DNA from: an uncultured Clostridia bacterium
GTDB lineage: Bacteria > Bacillota > Clostridia > Oscillospirales > Oscillospiraceae
DNA: 44,492 bases
Assembly (NCBI GenBank): GCA_947306975.1
Contig: CAMZHU010000001.1
Location: 1 to 44,492 of the forward strand
Reading direction: 5' to 3'
Shown here: positions 1 to 9,266 of the stretch, one piece after another
Position numbering within the stretch: position 1 is the stretch's first letter
Layout of the letters: each line of letters starts with the position of its first letter
Translations under genes and position numbers: made by a program
The notes under the pieces: generated by a model
What the model was told of the DNA's origin: nothing
Database searches by the model: none
Seen by the model: the letters and a program-made list of their open reading frames with translations, nothing else

Positions 1-1436
1 GTCAGAAGCAGCGCAGGAAGTTTGTAGCCGCCCGATGCCTTCAGAACGAGAGAGATGAGCTTTGTTCCGATGCCGGTCGTTGTTATGACACATGCTATGA
101 TGCCTGCTACGGCGCATGCTATGCCGACTGTAAGAATGTTCTTTCCCGCATTCTCAAGCGCGTCGAAGAACTTACTTACATTGAGTCTCGTCTCCTTGCG
201 GAAGAAGCTCACGATAATTGCGAGTGCCGTCGCTATTATCGCCGCCATGGCCATTGTCTTCTTTACGATGAGGATGACGAGGAGTACAAGCGGCAGTAGC
301 AGGTAGCCCCTGGATACCACAAGCTTGAAAAACTTCGGCAGCTGGTCGCGGGAGATACCTTTGAGTCCCAGTTTCTTCGCCTCAAGATGAACGACGGTAA
401 AAATCCCGGTAAAGTATAGCGCCGCCGGAAGTATCGCCCGGAGAGCAATGGCGCCGTATTCGAAGCCTGTGTATTCGACCATAAGAAAGGCAGCGGCACC
501 CATTATAGGCGGCATTATCTGGCCGCCGGTAGACGACGCAGCTTCGACCGCTCCTGCAAAGTTGGGATGGTAGCCGTTCTTCTTCATGAGCGGGATCGTG
601 ATACTGCCGGTCGTGACCGTATTGCCGACTGACGAACCGGATACCATGCCGCAGAGCGCGCTCGATATGACGGCGACCTTAGCCGGTCCGCCGGCAGTAG
701 AGCCGGCTATCGAGTTCGCCAAGTCGATGAAGAACTGCGATATGCCCGTCTGTTCCAGAAACGACCCGAATATGACGAACAGCACGATAAAGGCAAGGCA
801 CGCCCTTATCGGTATGCCAATAACGCCGTCCGTCGTATAGAACAGGTTGTAAACGTTTATCGCGAACGGTTTTTGTGTCAGTGCAAATACGATGAACGCA
901 CCTGCGACCACGACGATCGGCAGACCGACGCACCGTCTGCACGCCTCCAGCGTAACAAGGATCCCGCACACACCGAGGATGATCTCGAATGTTGTAAGTC
1001 TTATTCCCTGATTGATTATCTGATCACAGTTGAAGACGAAATAAAAATAGGATACAGCGGCGACTGCAGCCAGGACGAGATCGTACCACGGTATATAGTT
1101 CATCCGCTTGACCTTGAACCTTCCGGCCGGGTACATCAGGTAAGCCAGAAAAACAAGTCCGCCGACGAAGGACGCGCGTTCTATCCTGGTCTCCCACGTG
1201 GCGATGAACACGATATACATGCAGTAGAGCGTAAAGAGCACCAGCAGATATCTGATTATCTGTCTCGGGACCCCGTTGAATTTCCTGACGTTGGACTCGC
1301 GGTCGTATTTCTCCATGACCGCCTGGACCTCCGCGGCTATATCCTCCGCAGATTTTTCCTCGGCCTCGTATTCTATCTCATCAGGAATGCCCCAGTTGCC
1401 TTTGGCCTTTTTCTTGAAGATCGACAGGGTCTTCAC
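1..1436 (-). CDS. TRAP transporter fused permease (TAXI-associated DctQ/DctM-like fusion), partial; the 3' end lies outside the window
   Basis: Absent from the ORF track because it is open at the window edge. My reverse-strand translation from GTG at 1436 (GAGAAGGGG just upstream) reads VKTLSIFKKKAKGNWGIPDEIEYEAEEKSAEDIAAEVQAVMEKYDRESNVRKFNGVPRQIIRYLLVLFTLYCMY. It continues through GGPAKVAVISSALCGMVSGSSVGNTVTTGSITIPLMKKNGYHPNFAGAVEAASSTGGQIMPPIMGAAAFLM with no stop down to position 1. It is polytopic and hydrophobic, and it follows the TAXI binding protein and DUF1850 genes as in known TAXI-TRAP operons. Confidence 0.8.
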   Translation of the reverse strand, partial: MKTLSIFKKKAKGNWGIPDEIEYEAEEKSAEDIAAEVQAVMEKYDRESNVRKFNGVPRQIIRYLLVLFTLYCMYIVFIATWETRIERASFVGGLVFLAYLMYPAGRFKVKRMNYIPWYDLVLAAVAAVSYFYFVFNCDQIINQGIRLTTFEIILGVCGILVTLEACRRCVGLPIVVVAGAFIVFALTQKPFAINVYNLFYTTDGVIGIPIRACLAFIVLFVIFGSFLEQTGISQFFIDLANSIAGSTAGGPAKVAVISSALCGMVSGSSVGNTVTTGSITIPLMKKNGYHPNFAGAVEAASSTGGQIMPPIMGAAAFLMVEYTGFEYGAIALRAILPAALYFTGIFTVVHLEAKKLGLKGISRDQLPKFFKLVVSRGYLLLPLVLLVILIVKKTMAMAAIIATALAIIVSFFRKETRLNVSKFFDALENAGKNILTVGIACAVAGIIACVITTTGIGTKLISLVLKASGGYKLPALLL

Positions 1437-1457
1437 CCCCTTCTCTCAGTTTGGCTG

Positions 1458-1940
1458 TCATCCGCGTATCTCAAAACGGACCTTTGAGTTCCGTCCGCAG
1501 AGATCGCGAAGGCTGATCTCCTCGCCGCCGAGTCCGAGCATGTGGTCAGATACCGTTCCCACGGCGTAAACGACACCGTTCAGATCCCTGTCCATGCCGG
1601 TAACGACCATAGCACCGTCCTCGCGGATCACAAGCTCCTCCCCTTCCGCCAGTTCGTCCGGAACACCGGCGCCGAAACTGTAGTACACAGTGCCCGTGAG
1701 CACCATGCTCCCGCCGCGCACCTCGTATACGTCGGATACGGGCGTTTTGTTCACGGAGTGTACGAACGTCACGGAGAACGTGTCGCCCTCGCTCACAGTG
1801 TATTCGGCGTATTTCCTTCCGCTTTCGCTGTCCGTCAGGACGAGCCTCTCCCCGTGAGGAATCAGCCATAGTATGACTGCAACCGCAGCGACGATAACGA
1901 TCGCTGCGGCCACAGCAAAGTTTTTTTGTTTAATGCTCAA
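1458..1940 (-). CDS. DUF1850-like small membrane-anchored protein of TAXI-TRAP operons
   Basis: 160-aa ORF with a TTG start. It has one N-terminal TM helix (AVAAAIVIVAAVAVILWLI) followed by a small soluble domain. Its position between the TAXI binding protein and the fused permease is the canonical DUF1850 slot. The family call rests on context and recall. Confidence 0.65.
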   Translation of the reverse strand: MSIKQKNFAVAAAIVIVAAVAVILWLIPHGERLVLTDSESGRKYAEYTVSEGDTFSVTFVHSVNKTPVSDVYEVRGGSMVLTGTVYYSFGAGVPDELAEGEELVIREDGAMVVTGMDRDLNGVVYAVGTVSDHMLGLGGEEISLRDLCGRNSKVRFEIRG

Positions 1941-1965
1941 TTCGGAACGTTAGCTCCTATAAGAT

Positions 1966-2928
1966 TCAGCCTACACTCTTGCCCATCTCGGAATAATACT
2001 TAATCGCGCCCTTGTGGAAGGGTATCGCGATACCGGAGATGGCGGTGTCGAGGTCGAGCTCGTTGCCCTTGACATGGCCCTGAGCTATCTCGGCCTTATT
2101 GTCAAAGAGGCCCTTTAGGAAGTTGTACACAGCGTCTTCGTCAAGGTCATTGCTCGCGATGATCGTCGCCATGACGGCAACCGCCTGAACATCATCATTC
2201 ACGCATGAATAGGTACCAGCGGGAATGGTGATCTTCGTATAGAAGCCGTAATCCTTCTGCAGCGCCGCCACATGTTCGTCGTCGACCGCAAGGAGGTTGA
2301 AATTGAAAGCGGTGGCAAGTTCGGTGATGGCGGTTGTCGGGATGCCGGCGACCTGGAAGCAGGCGTCGATCGTGCCGTTCTTGAGGGAGTCAGCAGAGTC
2401 ACCGAAGCTCTCATAGACGACGTTGATATCATCGAAAGTGATACCATAGGCGTTCAGGATCTGCTCCGCGTTGTAGCGTGTTCCGGAGTCGGATGCGCCT
2501 ACTGATACAGTCTTGCCCACGAGGTCGGATATCTGTGTGATATCTGAGGCGGCAACGATCTGGACTATCTCAGGATAGCAGGAGATGACGGCGGAGAAGT
2601 TCGTGACTGGCTTCCCGTCGAACATAGCCGTTCCGTTATAGGCGTAAGACATGACGTCGTTCTGTACGATCGCCAGATTGTTCGCTCCGGTCTCCACAAG
2701 CTGAATGTTTGCCTGAGACGCGCCGGTCGACTCGACGTTGATCGAGAGCTTGTCGGCCAGCTTGTTGTTAAGTACGTTGGCGATGACGCCGGAGAAACCG
2801 TAATAGGTGCCCTGGGTGCCGCCGGTTGCCATCGTAAGTGTGGTCGTGCTGCTGCCGCAGGCTGAGAGCGCAAGGCCGAATACGAGCACGAGCGCCAGAA
2901 CCACTGCTACCGTTTTCTTCATTTTCAT
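1966..2928 (-). CDS. TAXI-family TRAP transporter solute-binding lipoprotein
   Basis: The ORF spans 1966..2943. I prefer the ATG at 2928 (MKMKKT) because GGAG lies 9 nt upstream. Lipobox LALSAC|GSS. TLTMATGGTQGTYYGFSGVIANVLN is the typical TAXI receptor N-terminal signature. Confidence 0.85.
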   Translation of the reverse strand: MKMKKTVAVVLALVLVFGLALSACGSSTTTLTMATGGTQGTYYGFSGVIANVLNNKLADKLSINVESTGASQANIQLVETGANNLAIVQNDVMSYAYNGTAMFDGKPVTNFSAVISCYPEIVQIVAASDITQISDLVGKTVSVGASDSGTRYNAEQILNAYGITFDDINVVYESFGDSADSLKNGTIDACFQVAGIPTTAITELATAFNFNLLAVDDEHVAALQKDYGFYTKITIPAGTYSCVNDDVQAVAVMATIIASNDLDEDAVYNFLKGLFDNKAEIAQGHVKGNELDLDTAISGIAIPFHKGAIKYYSEMGKSVG

Positions 2929-2992
2929 TAAAATACGCTCCAAACATTATAGATTTGCATAAAAAAATCCGGAATGATTCATCATGGCGTTT

Positions 2993-3021
2993 ATTATACA
3001 GTACTATGCCCAGGATTTCAA
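2993..3021 (-). promoter_or_regulatory. Candidate sigma-70 promoter of the TAXI-TRAP operon (TTGAAA-17-TATAAT)
   Basis: The minus strand reads TTGAAAtcctgggcatagtactgTATAAT, about 65 nt upstream of the binding-protein start. Confidence 0.45.
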
Positions 3022-3125
3022 CCTGATTGTGCATCAAATATTTTTTTCGTTTCATTTCTCGCCTATTCGCTGATTCATTTATCCGTTTTTGCGGGCTTAT
3101 TTGCGTATATAAATTCATTATTTGT

Positions 3126-3155
3126 CAAAATAACGCCGCGGAAGACCGCGGCGTT
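3126..3155 (-). terminator. Rho-independent terminator after the ABC exporter operon
   Basis: The minus strand reads AACGCCGCGG-tctt-CCGCGGCGTT followed by ATTTTG, immediately after the stop at 3179. Confidence 0.55.
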
Positions 3156-3178
3156 TAATGATATCTATAAGTTTTAGG

Positions 3179-4828
3179 TTACTTTCTGCCGTTTCTGATA
3201 AACCCCGGTATGAAAGCAAACATCAAGCAGGAAATGGCGAGGCAGAACACGATGGCGACTGCCATGAACGGAACGGTCTGATTCATTACCATACCGTAGG
3301 CAAGGATGCCGGCAATGGGTATAAGGCCGAAATATATGAAGAGTATCTGTATAAAACTTTTTACCATTTTGGAGAGATTCGTCGCAAGCGAAAGGTCTAT
3401 GAACGTTCCGACCGTCGAGGAATAGAGATCTATCGACAGTATCATGATGAGCGCTACCAAAGCGAACAGCGGATCTGCCCTGAGAATCACTGCCGCGATC
3501 AGGTATCCCGGCAGCATGTCAAGGAAGCAGTTCACCGTTCCGCCGAGGAGCGAATACGCGGCCTTGCTGCCGCTTTTTTCAGGGATTAGGCTGAAGTTTG
3601 CCTGTTGGGTATCCTGAGCGATCGGGTTCCCCAGAGAACGGAAGAACACCGCTGCGCCGAATGCCAGAGCGATTATTACGAATCTCTCGTAATGAACTGC
3701 ATACTTGAGAAAGAGCGCACCGCCCGCGCCGATGACGAGATACATCATAAGCGTCTTCGTCAAAAAACCGAATTTCGCAAAACGGAAACGGTTGTACATG
3801 GATTTCCAGAAGTATACGCTGGCGCCCCAGCCTCTCCTGAGCCCGTCGCGCTTCAGGTCGTCTGCACGGTCCTTTTTGCGTCTTGCTGCAGTATTCCCCT
3901 CCTGCATGGCAGCCTGTCTTTCAGCAGTCTCTGCTGATTTTGCCATGGCGTCTTCATAGAAGTCGACTCTGAGTTCCCATATGATATACGTAAGCAGGAT
4001 ACAGGCTGCAATGTTTAAAACAAGGTAGACGAGCATCGCCCCTACTCTGCCGTCGACGGCAGAGATTACAAAGCCCTTTGTCCACCCCCAGAAAGGTATC
4101 CAGCGCGTCCACGGGGCGTTCAGCGTGCCGGAGGCAGCTTCGATAATCGACAGCCCTCCTGCGCGCCAGCGAACACCAACGGAAACGAGGACAACGGCTA
4201 TGACCGCGTATACAAAGGGCCGTACATATCTTCTGAATCCGGGGTAAGTCGACACCAGGCTGTACACCAGCACGGAGAACAGGCGCCCTACCAGAAGTAT
4301 TATGACCCACGCGAGAAGCAGGGCTATCGCTGCAAGCGCGCTGAATCCCGCGTTGATGATAAGGTTCGGTATCTGAAATACGAGATAGATACTGGCGGCT
4401 ATCATCGCCCCCATCTGGGCGACGAGCCGGAAAAGAAGCACGGACTGTGGCTTGAGCGGCGCCGAAAACAGCAGGTTTACGTCGGCCATCATGAAAATGT
4501 TGCTGCCGCTCTTCTCTCCGCTCAGCACGCTGTAGACAAGCATTGCCAGCATCACTACGCCAACAGCAAGTTCCGTGATCGCAAGCACCCGAACGGGATC
4601 ACGCTCTGCTGCCGCTTCTTCTGTCTCCTGTATTTCCTGCTCATTATCCTGAGTTTCTGATATCTCAGACGCGGTCTCCTCCGCCTTATCCGACAGGAGC
4701 GATGCGCCGAAGCCGATGAGTCCTCCCATTACGAAGCAGATCAGGATGAACACCACCACCCACGTCTTGAACAGTTTCCTGATCTGGTTCACGAATGTAT
4801 GCCCTATATAGTAGAGGAACATTCTCAT
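3179..4828 (-). CDS. Putative ABC exporter permease (large polytopic membrane protein paired with the upstream ATPase)
   Basis: 549 aa with many predicted TM helices. An acidic loop (SEISETQDNEQEIQETEEAAAERD) follows TM1. The start overlaps the ATPase stop (ATGA at 4825-4828). It resembles the 'putative ABC exporter' family from memory. Confidence 0.6.
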   Translation of the reverse strand: MRMFLYYIGHTFVNQIRKLFKTWVVVFILICFVMGGLIGFGASLLSDKAEETASEISETQDNEQEIQETEEAAAERDPVRVLAITELAVGVVMLAMLVYSVLSGEKSGSNIFMMADVNLLFSAPLKPQSVLLFRLVAQMGAMIAASIYLVFQIPNLIINAGFSALAAIALLLAWVIILLVGRLFSVLVYSLVSTYPGFRRYVRPFVYAVIAVVLVSVGVRWRAGGLSIIEAASGTLNAPWTRWIPFWGWTKGFVISAVDGRVGAMLVYLVLNIAACILLTYIIWELRVDFYEDAMAKSAETAERQAAMQEGNTAARRKKDRADDLKRDGLRRGWGASVYFWKSMYNRFRFAKFGFLTKTLMMYLVIGAGGALFLKYAVHYERFVIIALAFGAAVFFRSLGNPIAQDTQQANFSLIPEKSGSKAAYSLLGGTVNCFLDMLPGYLIAAVILRADPLFALVALIMILSIDLYSSTVGTFIDLSLATNLSKMVKSFIQILFIYFGLIPIAGILAYGMVMNQTVPFMAVAIVFCLAISCLMFAFIPGFIRNGRK

Positions 4829-5538
4829 TTCTCTTCCGCCTCCGGAGACTCAGTAATGCTGAAAAACAGTTCCTCGAGCGTCTGCCCGGAGTTTTCGAGT
4901 TCTTCTCTGGTTACATCAGCGCGCAGGACCCCTGACTGCATGATAAGCGTCCTGTCCCACAGCATGTCGATGCTGTCTATCATATGTGTGCTGACGAAGA
5001 CCGTATCCCCGGCCTCCCTCAGCTCCATGAAGACATTCTTGAGTTCTTTGATCGCGTGCGGATCCAGGCCTATCATCGGCTCGTCGAGGAGGATGACGCG
5101 GGGCTTCGGCAGAAGGCCAAGGCATATGTTAAGCTTTTGCTGCATGCCTTTTGAGAGTTCGTCTCCGAATTTCTTTTTCTTGTCCGTGAGCTCGAAACGG
5201 TCTAGGAGCTGTTCTGCATATCCTTTATAGTCGGTAAGTCTGTAAGCACGCGCGACGAACTCCATGTGCTCCGAAACGGTGAGGTTCGGATAAAGCGACG
5301 GCATCTCCGGTACGTACCCAAGTATGCGCTTTGCCTCTATCGTCTTGTTGAGCTTCCCGTCCACGGCGATCGTGCCGCCGTAGCGCAGAAAACCTATTAT
5401 GGACTTGATCAGCGTACTTTTGCCGGCGCCGTTCGGCCCCAGCAGCACCGTTATACCGCCGTCAGGCAAAGTAAAAGTCACGTCATTGCATGCGACGGTC
5501 TTCCCGTACATTTTAGTTACATGCGAAACCTCAAGCAT
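4825..5538 (-). CDS. ABC transporter ATP-binding protein
   Basis: Walker A GPNGAGKST, signature LSKGMQQK, Walker B ILLDEP, H-loop STH. Confidence 0.9.
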   Translation of the reverse strand: MLEVSHVTKMYGKTVACNDVTFTLPDGGITVLLGPNGAGKSTLIKSIIGFLRYGGTIAVDGKLNKTIEAKRILGYVPEMPSLYPNLTVSEHMEFVARAYRLTDYKGYAEQLLDRFELTDKKKKFGDELSKGMQQKLNICLGLLPKPRVILLDEPMIGLDPHAIKELKNVFMELREAGDTVFVSTHMIDSIDMLWDRTLIMQSGVLRADVTREELENSGQTLEELFFSITESPEAEEK

Positions 5539-5602
5539 AACCTCACGTCCTTATAGAGATAACGGAGCGGTATCCGCTCCGTTGATACGCTACGTCCCGC
5601 CT

Positions 5603-5632
5603 ATTATAGAACAGGCGGGACGCATGTGTCAA
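5603..5632 (-). promoter_or_regulatory. Candidate promoter of the ABC exporter operon (TTGACA-18-TATAAT)
   Basis: The minus strand reads TTGACAcatgcgtcccgcctgttcTATAAT. A 10-bp leader hairpin (AACGGAGCGG-ata-CCGCTCCGTT) follows, before the RBS. Confidence 0.45.
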
Positions 5633-5652
5633 TTCATGTGTTACCTGATGTG

Positions 5653-6747
5653 TCAGACGATGAACTTCAGCGTAAGATCGCCGCTCGCGGTGTCCACGGA
5701 GATGCTGCAGCTCCCGTCGCCGTACACAAAACTGCTGCCTTTCATCATCACGGGCACTCCGCAGTCCAGGTCGCCGGAGCCCGAGTCATAATCAAGGGTA
5801 AAACCGCCGCCGGAAGGCGGAAGCGCAAGTGTAACGTTGCCGGAAGCGCCGTCGATGTCGATGTATTCCGGGAACTCCGTTAATTCAGCATAGATCTCGC
5901 CGGAAGCCGTTTCGAATTCGACCTTCTTGAATGCACCGCAGACGGATATGTCTCCGGAAGAAGTGTCTATGCTTAAGTCTCCTGCGGTGAGATCCGTTGC
6001 TCTCACGCCGCCCGAGGCTGTGTCGATATCCGCTTTCCCTGCGTACCCGGATATCTCCGCATCCCCCGAGGCGGAGTCTATATTCAGCGTACCTTCGACC
6101 TTTACGTCGGTCATAAATGCGTTGCCGGAAGCTGTGTCGACATCGAGCTCTTTAGCCGTTACGTTCAAGAGGTAGACGTCTCCGGATGCTGCGTCTGCGT
6201 CCATTTTGTCCGCCCTGATCTCCGATATGTCAATAATTCCTGACGTCGAGTCGACATCAAGGATACTCATGTTATCTGCCAGCTGCTGCGGCACGAGTAC
6301 CTCTATGGTCTTTATCGGATCCTTGCTGCCCAGCGAGATGTTGTTCCTCTTCAGGTACTGTATGCTAAGTACCCCTTTCTCGATGCCCCATCCGAGAGCA
6401 GTATCCTCGGTGATCTTCTTATCCGCTGTTTCGGTGAAAGTAATATCCTTTCCGCTGTAGGGCTTTACGATCACTTTACCGGCCAGCCAGTCGATGTCTA
6501 TACCGCTCACGCTCTCTGTTACGGTGTATTTGCCGTCAGGAGAGTATGCGTTCTTCCAGTTCTTCGATCCTCCGGGGACGCTTACTCCGATGTTTTCCAG
6601 CTTGTCCATATAATTAGTGTTTACCGCGTCTTTCCATATCTTGCTGAAGCCGCCTGGGGTAAGCGCGACAGCGACTGCGATTATAGCTATCCCTACAAGT
6701 ATGCACAGCACTGCTACCAGCAGCGTCGATCTGGATCCTTTATTCAC
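5653..6747 (-). CDS. DUF4097-family beta-helix repeat protein, membrane anchored
   Basis: N-terminal TM helix, then about 20-aa repeats each carrying D-x-ASG-D/N (DADAASGD, DVDTASGN, IDSASGD, IDTASGG, IDTSSGD, ETASGE, IDGASGN, DSGSGD, VDTASGD). The GTG start overlaps the stop of the DUF1700 gene. Confidence 0.7.
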   Translation of the reverse strand: MNKGSRSTLLVAVLCILVGIAIIAVAVALTPGGFSKIWKDAVNTNYMDKLENIGVSVPGGSKNWKNAYSPDGKYTVTESVSGIDIDWLAGKVIVKPYSGKDITFTETADKKITEDTALGWGIEKGVLSIQYLKRNNISLGSKDPIKTIEVLVPQQLADNMSILDVDSTSGIIDISEIRADKMDADAASGDVYLLNVTAKELDVDTASGNAFMTDVKVEGTLNIDSASGDAEISGYAGKADIDTASGGVRATDLTAGDLSIDTSSGDISVCGAFKKVEFETASGEIYAELTEFPEYIDIDGASGNVTLALPPSGGGFTLDYDSGSGDLDCGVPVMMKGSSFVYGDGSCSISVDTASGDLTLKFIV

Positions 6748-7343
6748 TGTACTTCCTCCCTCCTGATGAACAGGCTCTTTACCCAGCGTCCGATGCTCTT
6801 CGTAAGAAGAATTAGACCCTTAACGATGTATTTGGCCGCGATGAATGCGAGCACGCCCAGACCGATGACGGCTATTCCGCCTCCGATCAGCGCCAGCATA
6901 CCGCCCACGCTCTGCGAGAATGACAGGAACGCACCGATGATAAGGGCGATACCGGCTACTATGAGCGATATCACAACCGCGAACACGGATATGGCGATGA
7001 CGACCATAGTCACATAGATCGAGAAAGCGACGGCAAACAGCGCGATGAGTATCGACAGCCATATCGGCGAACCGATGATCGCGATCACTATAGCCAGCGG
7101 AGTCCATCCCCTGCGGGGTTTTACCTTCGTTTTTATAAGCGTGGAAAGCGGCTGCTCGCTGAGTATCTGCTCCGCGACTCCGCCTACGTCCCCGATGTGC
7201 GCGACGGCTTCATATTCTGTCATTCCGTCTTCCATCAGGTCCGAGATCATTTCATCATAGTAAGAGAGCGACTTTTCTATCTCGCTCTCGGGAAGCTGGG
7301 AAAGCCTCATTCTGAGCGCATAAAGAAACTGTTCTTTCGTCAT
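6744..7343 (-). CDS. DUF1700 (HAAS-type) membrane protein, PadR partner
   Basis: The N-terminus MTKEQFLYALRMRLSQLPESEIEKSLSYYDEMI is the typical DUF1700 start. The C-terminal half is multi-TM. The ATG at 7343 overlaps the PadR stop (ATGA). The ORF track extends it to a GTG at 7352. Confidence 0.7.
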   Translation of the reverse strand: MTKEQFLYALRMRLSQLPESEIEKSLSYYDEMISDLMEDGMTEYEAVAHIGDVGGVAEQILSEQPLSTLIKTKVKPRRGWTPLAIVIAIIGSPIWLSILIALFAVAFSIYVTMVVIAISVFAVVISLIVAGIALIIGAFLSFSQSVGGMLALIGGGIAVIGLGVLAFIAAKYIVKGLILLTKSIGRWVKSLFIRREEVQ

Positions 7344-7657
7344 GCTCTCCACCCCTCCTCGATAAAGTTGTAGATTGCCATTACCTCTGACCAGTTGTTC
7401 AGGAACTCCGGTATCCTGTCCCTGCCTTCAGGTGTTATCCTGTAGAATTTTCTCAGCCGTCCGTTATATTCGACCGAGTACACGGTGACACAGCCGGAGG
7501 CTTCCAGCCGTTTCAGGATGGGATACAGCGTTGATTCAGAAATATCTACGCAACCTGCCATATCCTTTATTATCTGGTATCCGTACGAATCCTCCCTGTT
7601 AAGGACGGACAGGACACACACCTCGAGAAGACCTCGCTTGAGCTGCGGTTCCAGCAT
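7340..7657 (-). CDS. PadR-family transcriptional regulator
   Basis: 105 aa. LLEVCVLSVLNREDSYGYQIIKDM...STLYPILKRLEASG...RKFYRITPEG is the PadR winged-helix pattern. Confidence 0.85.
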   Translation of the reverse strand: MLEPQLKRGLLEVCVLSVLNREDSYGYQIIKDMAGCVDISESTLYPILKRLEASGCVTVYSVEYNGRLRKFYRITPEGRDRIPEFLNNWSEVMAIYNFIEEGWRA

Positions 7658-7692
7658 CTGCCGACACCTCCTTATACCTGTCTTCGCGTCAT

Positions 7693-7721
7693 ACTATACT
7701 ACACGATGTATTGTGTGTCAA
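7693..7721 (-). promoter_or_regulatory. Candidate padR operon promoter (TTGACA-17-TATAGT) with embedded ACAC-N8-GTGT dyad
   Basis: The minus strand reads TTGACAcacaatacatcgtgtagTATAGT. The spacer contains the dyad ACACAATACATCGTGT (7701-7716), a plausible autoregulatory PadR operator. Confidence 0.5.
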
Positions 7722-7831
7722 GAGGTATTTTGCGTTACATTGTATTTTTTTGAGTTTTTGTTTTCCCTCAGTCAAAAACATGGTATTATAATGTTCAAGT
7801 ATTTTGTATTTCATTCGCGGGGGGATAAATA

Positions 7832-9103
7832 ATGAGTTCCAAACGGCCGGGTTTCCGGCTTTCCACGATCATCGCGTGTCTCGTCACGATGTTCTGCATC
7901 GGCATCGTGTATCTGTGGAGCGTTTTCCAGCAGCCGGTCATTGATCATTTCGGCTGGGACGTTTCCGCCGTTACGATGGTCTCTTCCTCCATCGTGTTTT
8001 TCTACGTTCTCGGAAGTCTGTTCGGCGGCATCCTGAGCGACCGGCTCAATCCCCGTATCGTTACGATCATGGGAGCCGTGCTGCTCTCTCTCGGGCTGTT
8101 CCTCACTTCGATACTCGGCTCGGCGCATTCCTGGCTGATCTATCTGACATACGGCGCGTGCTCGGGCATAGGCGTCGGATTTGCCTATTCCGCTCCCCTG
8201 AACTGCATACAGAAATGGTACCCCCACCGCCGCGGCTTCGCCACGGGCATCTCAGTATGCGCATTCGGTCTTGCTACAGTCGTTCTCGGTCCGCTGATCG
8301 AGTACTTCATCAACAGATTCGGTGTGCCCGGAGCTTTCCGGACGCTGGCTTTTACCTTCCCCGTCATCGTCATAATCGCAGGTCTGTTCATCGTCAACCC
8401 GTCCAAGGAATACCTCGACAGTCTCAATCTTCCAGTCGCCCAGGCGAACCAGCGCCAGTACACGACGAAAGAGGCTCTCAAGACCCTCGAGTTCTGGAGC
8501 CTTGCTCTCTCTGAACTGTTCCTGCCCGCAGCATACATGATGATAATCCCACGTATCAAGACGCTCGGACTCCTTCGCGACCTCACTCCTGCGATGACCA
8601 CCATAACGGTATCACTTACCGGCATCGCCAGCGCCGTCAGCCGTCTTGTTGCAGCTTCCGCATCAGATAAACTCGGCAGAGCCTGGACGATATGGTCTCT
8701 CGCCGCCGTCATGCTGGTAGCGTCGGTCCTCATGGTCTTTGCCCGTGGCTGGCTCTACATCGTTGCTGTACTTCTCATCGTCTGCGGTTATTCCGGACCT
8801 GCAGGTATCTATCCCGCCATGTGTACTGATGCTTTCGGGACCAAGTATTCAGGTGCGAACTACGGGTGCTGCTTCATGTTCCTGGGCGTGTCGGCGCCTC
8901 TGTTTACTTTCCTTTCCACCCGCATCAGCGCCAGCGGCGCGGAGACCGGCAACTATACGGCGTCCTTTATCGTGGCCGCAGCAGGCTGCATAGTCCCGCT
9001 CATAATGCTGCCTCTGTACAACGTTGCGCGAAGGAGGCACGCTCCACGCGACGAGGCCATGATGGCTGCCGCGGCATCTGAAGAAACATCCTCAGAAGGA
9101 TGA
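7832..9103 (+). CDS. MFS transporter, oxalate/formate antiporter (OFA)-like
   Basis: 423 aa with about 12 TM helices. The N-terminus (RLSTIIACLVTMFCIGIVYLWSVFQQPVIDHFGW) is typical of OFA / L-lactate-type MFS carriers. Confidence 0.75.
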   Translation: MSSKRPGFRLSTIIACLVTMFCIGIVYLWSVFQQPVIDHFGWDVSAVTMVSSSIVFFYVLGSLFGGILSDRLNPRIVTIMGAVLLSLGLFLTSILGSAHSWLIYLTYGACSGIGVGFAYSAPLNCIQKWYPHRRGFATGISVCAFGLATVVLGPLIEYFINRFGVPGAFRTLAFTFPVIVIIAGLFIVNPSKEYLDSLNLPVAQANQRQYTTKEALKTLEFWSLALSELFLPAAYMMIIPRIKTLGLLRDLTPAMTTITVSLTGIASAVSRLVAASASDKLGRAWTIWSLAAVMLVASVLMVFARGWLYIVAVLLIVCGYSGPAGIYPAMCTDAFGTKYSGANYGCCFMFLGVSAPLFTFLSTRISASGAETGNYTASFIVAAAGCIVPLIMLPLYNVARRRHAPRDEAMMAAAASEETSSEG

Positions 9104-9178
9104 CCATACAGTATCGTCGCAGCCGCTTTTGCTTTAGCCAAAAGACTTTTGCTGTTTATAATGCTGTTCAATTTTTTC

Positions 9179-9209
9179 TTGACTTTGGTACTGTACCAGA
9201 CTTTATAAT
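9179..9209 (+). promoter_or_regulatory. Candidate promoter of the fused mutase gene (TTGACT, 19-nt spacer, TATAAT) with palindrome GGTACTGTACC
   Basis: TTGACTttggtactgtaccagacttTATAAT. The spacer is longer than optimal. A perfect 5+1+5 palindrome lies at 9187-9197. Confidence 0.35.
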
Positions 9210-9266
9210 TATATTAATAATGAGCAGCCGCGTATAACAAACTCTTTTAACGGAGGTCCGCAGCAC

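Noticed and set aside
2974-3177. 67-aa hydrophobic plus-strand ORF confined to the intergenic region between the TRAP and ABC operons.
   Set aside because: It has no RBS. It overlaps the candidate TRAP promoter and the ABC terminator hairpin. It is AT-rich with odd composition, and is probably a chance ORF.
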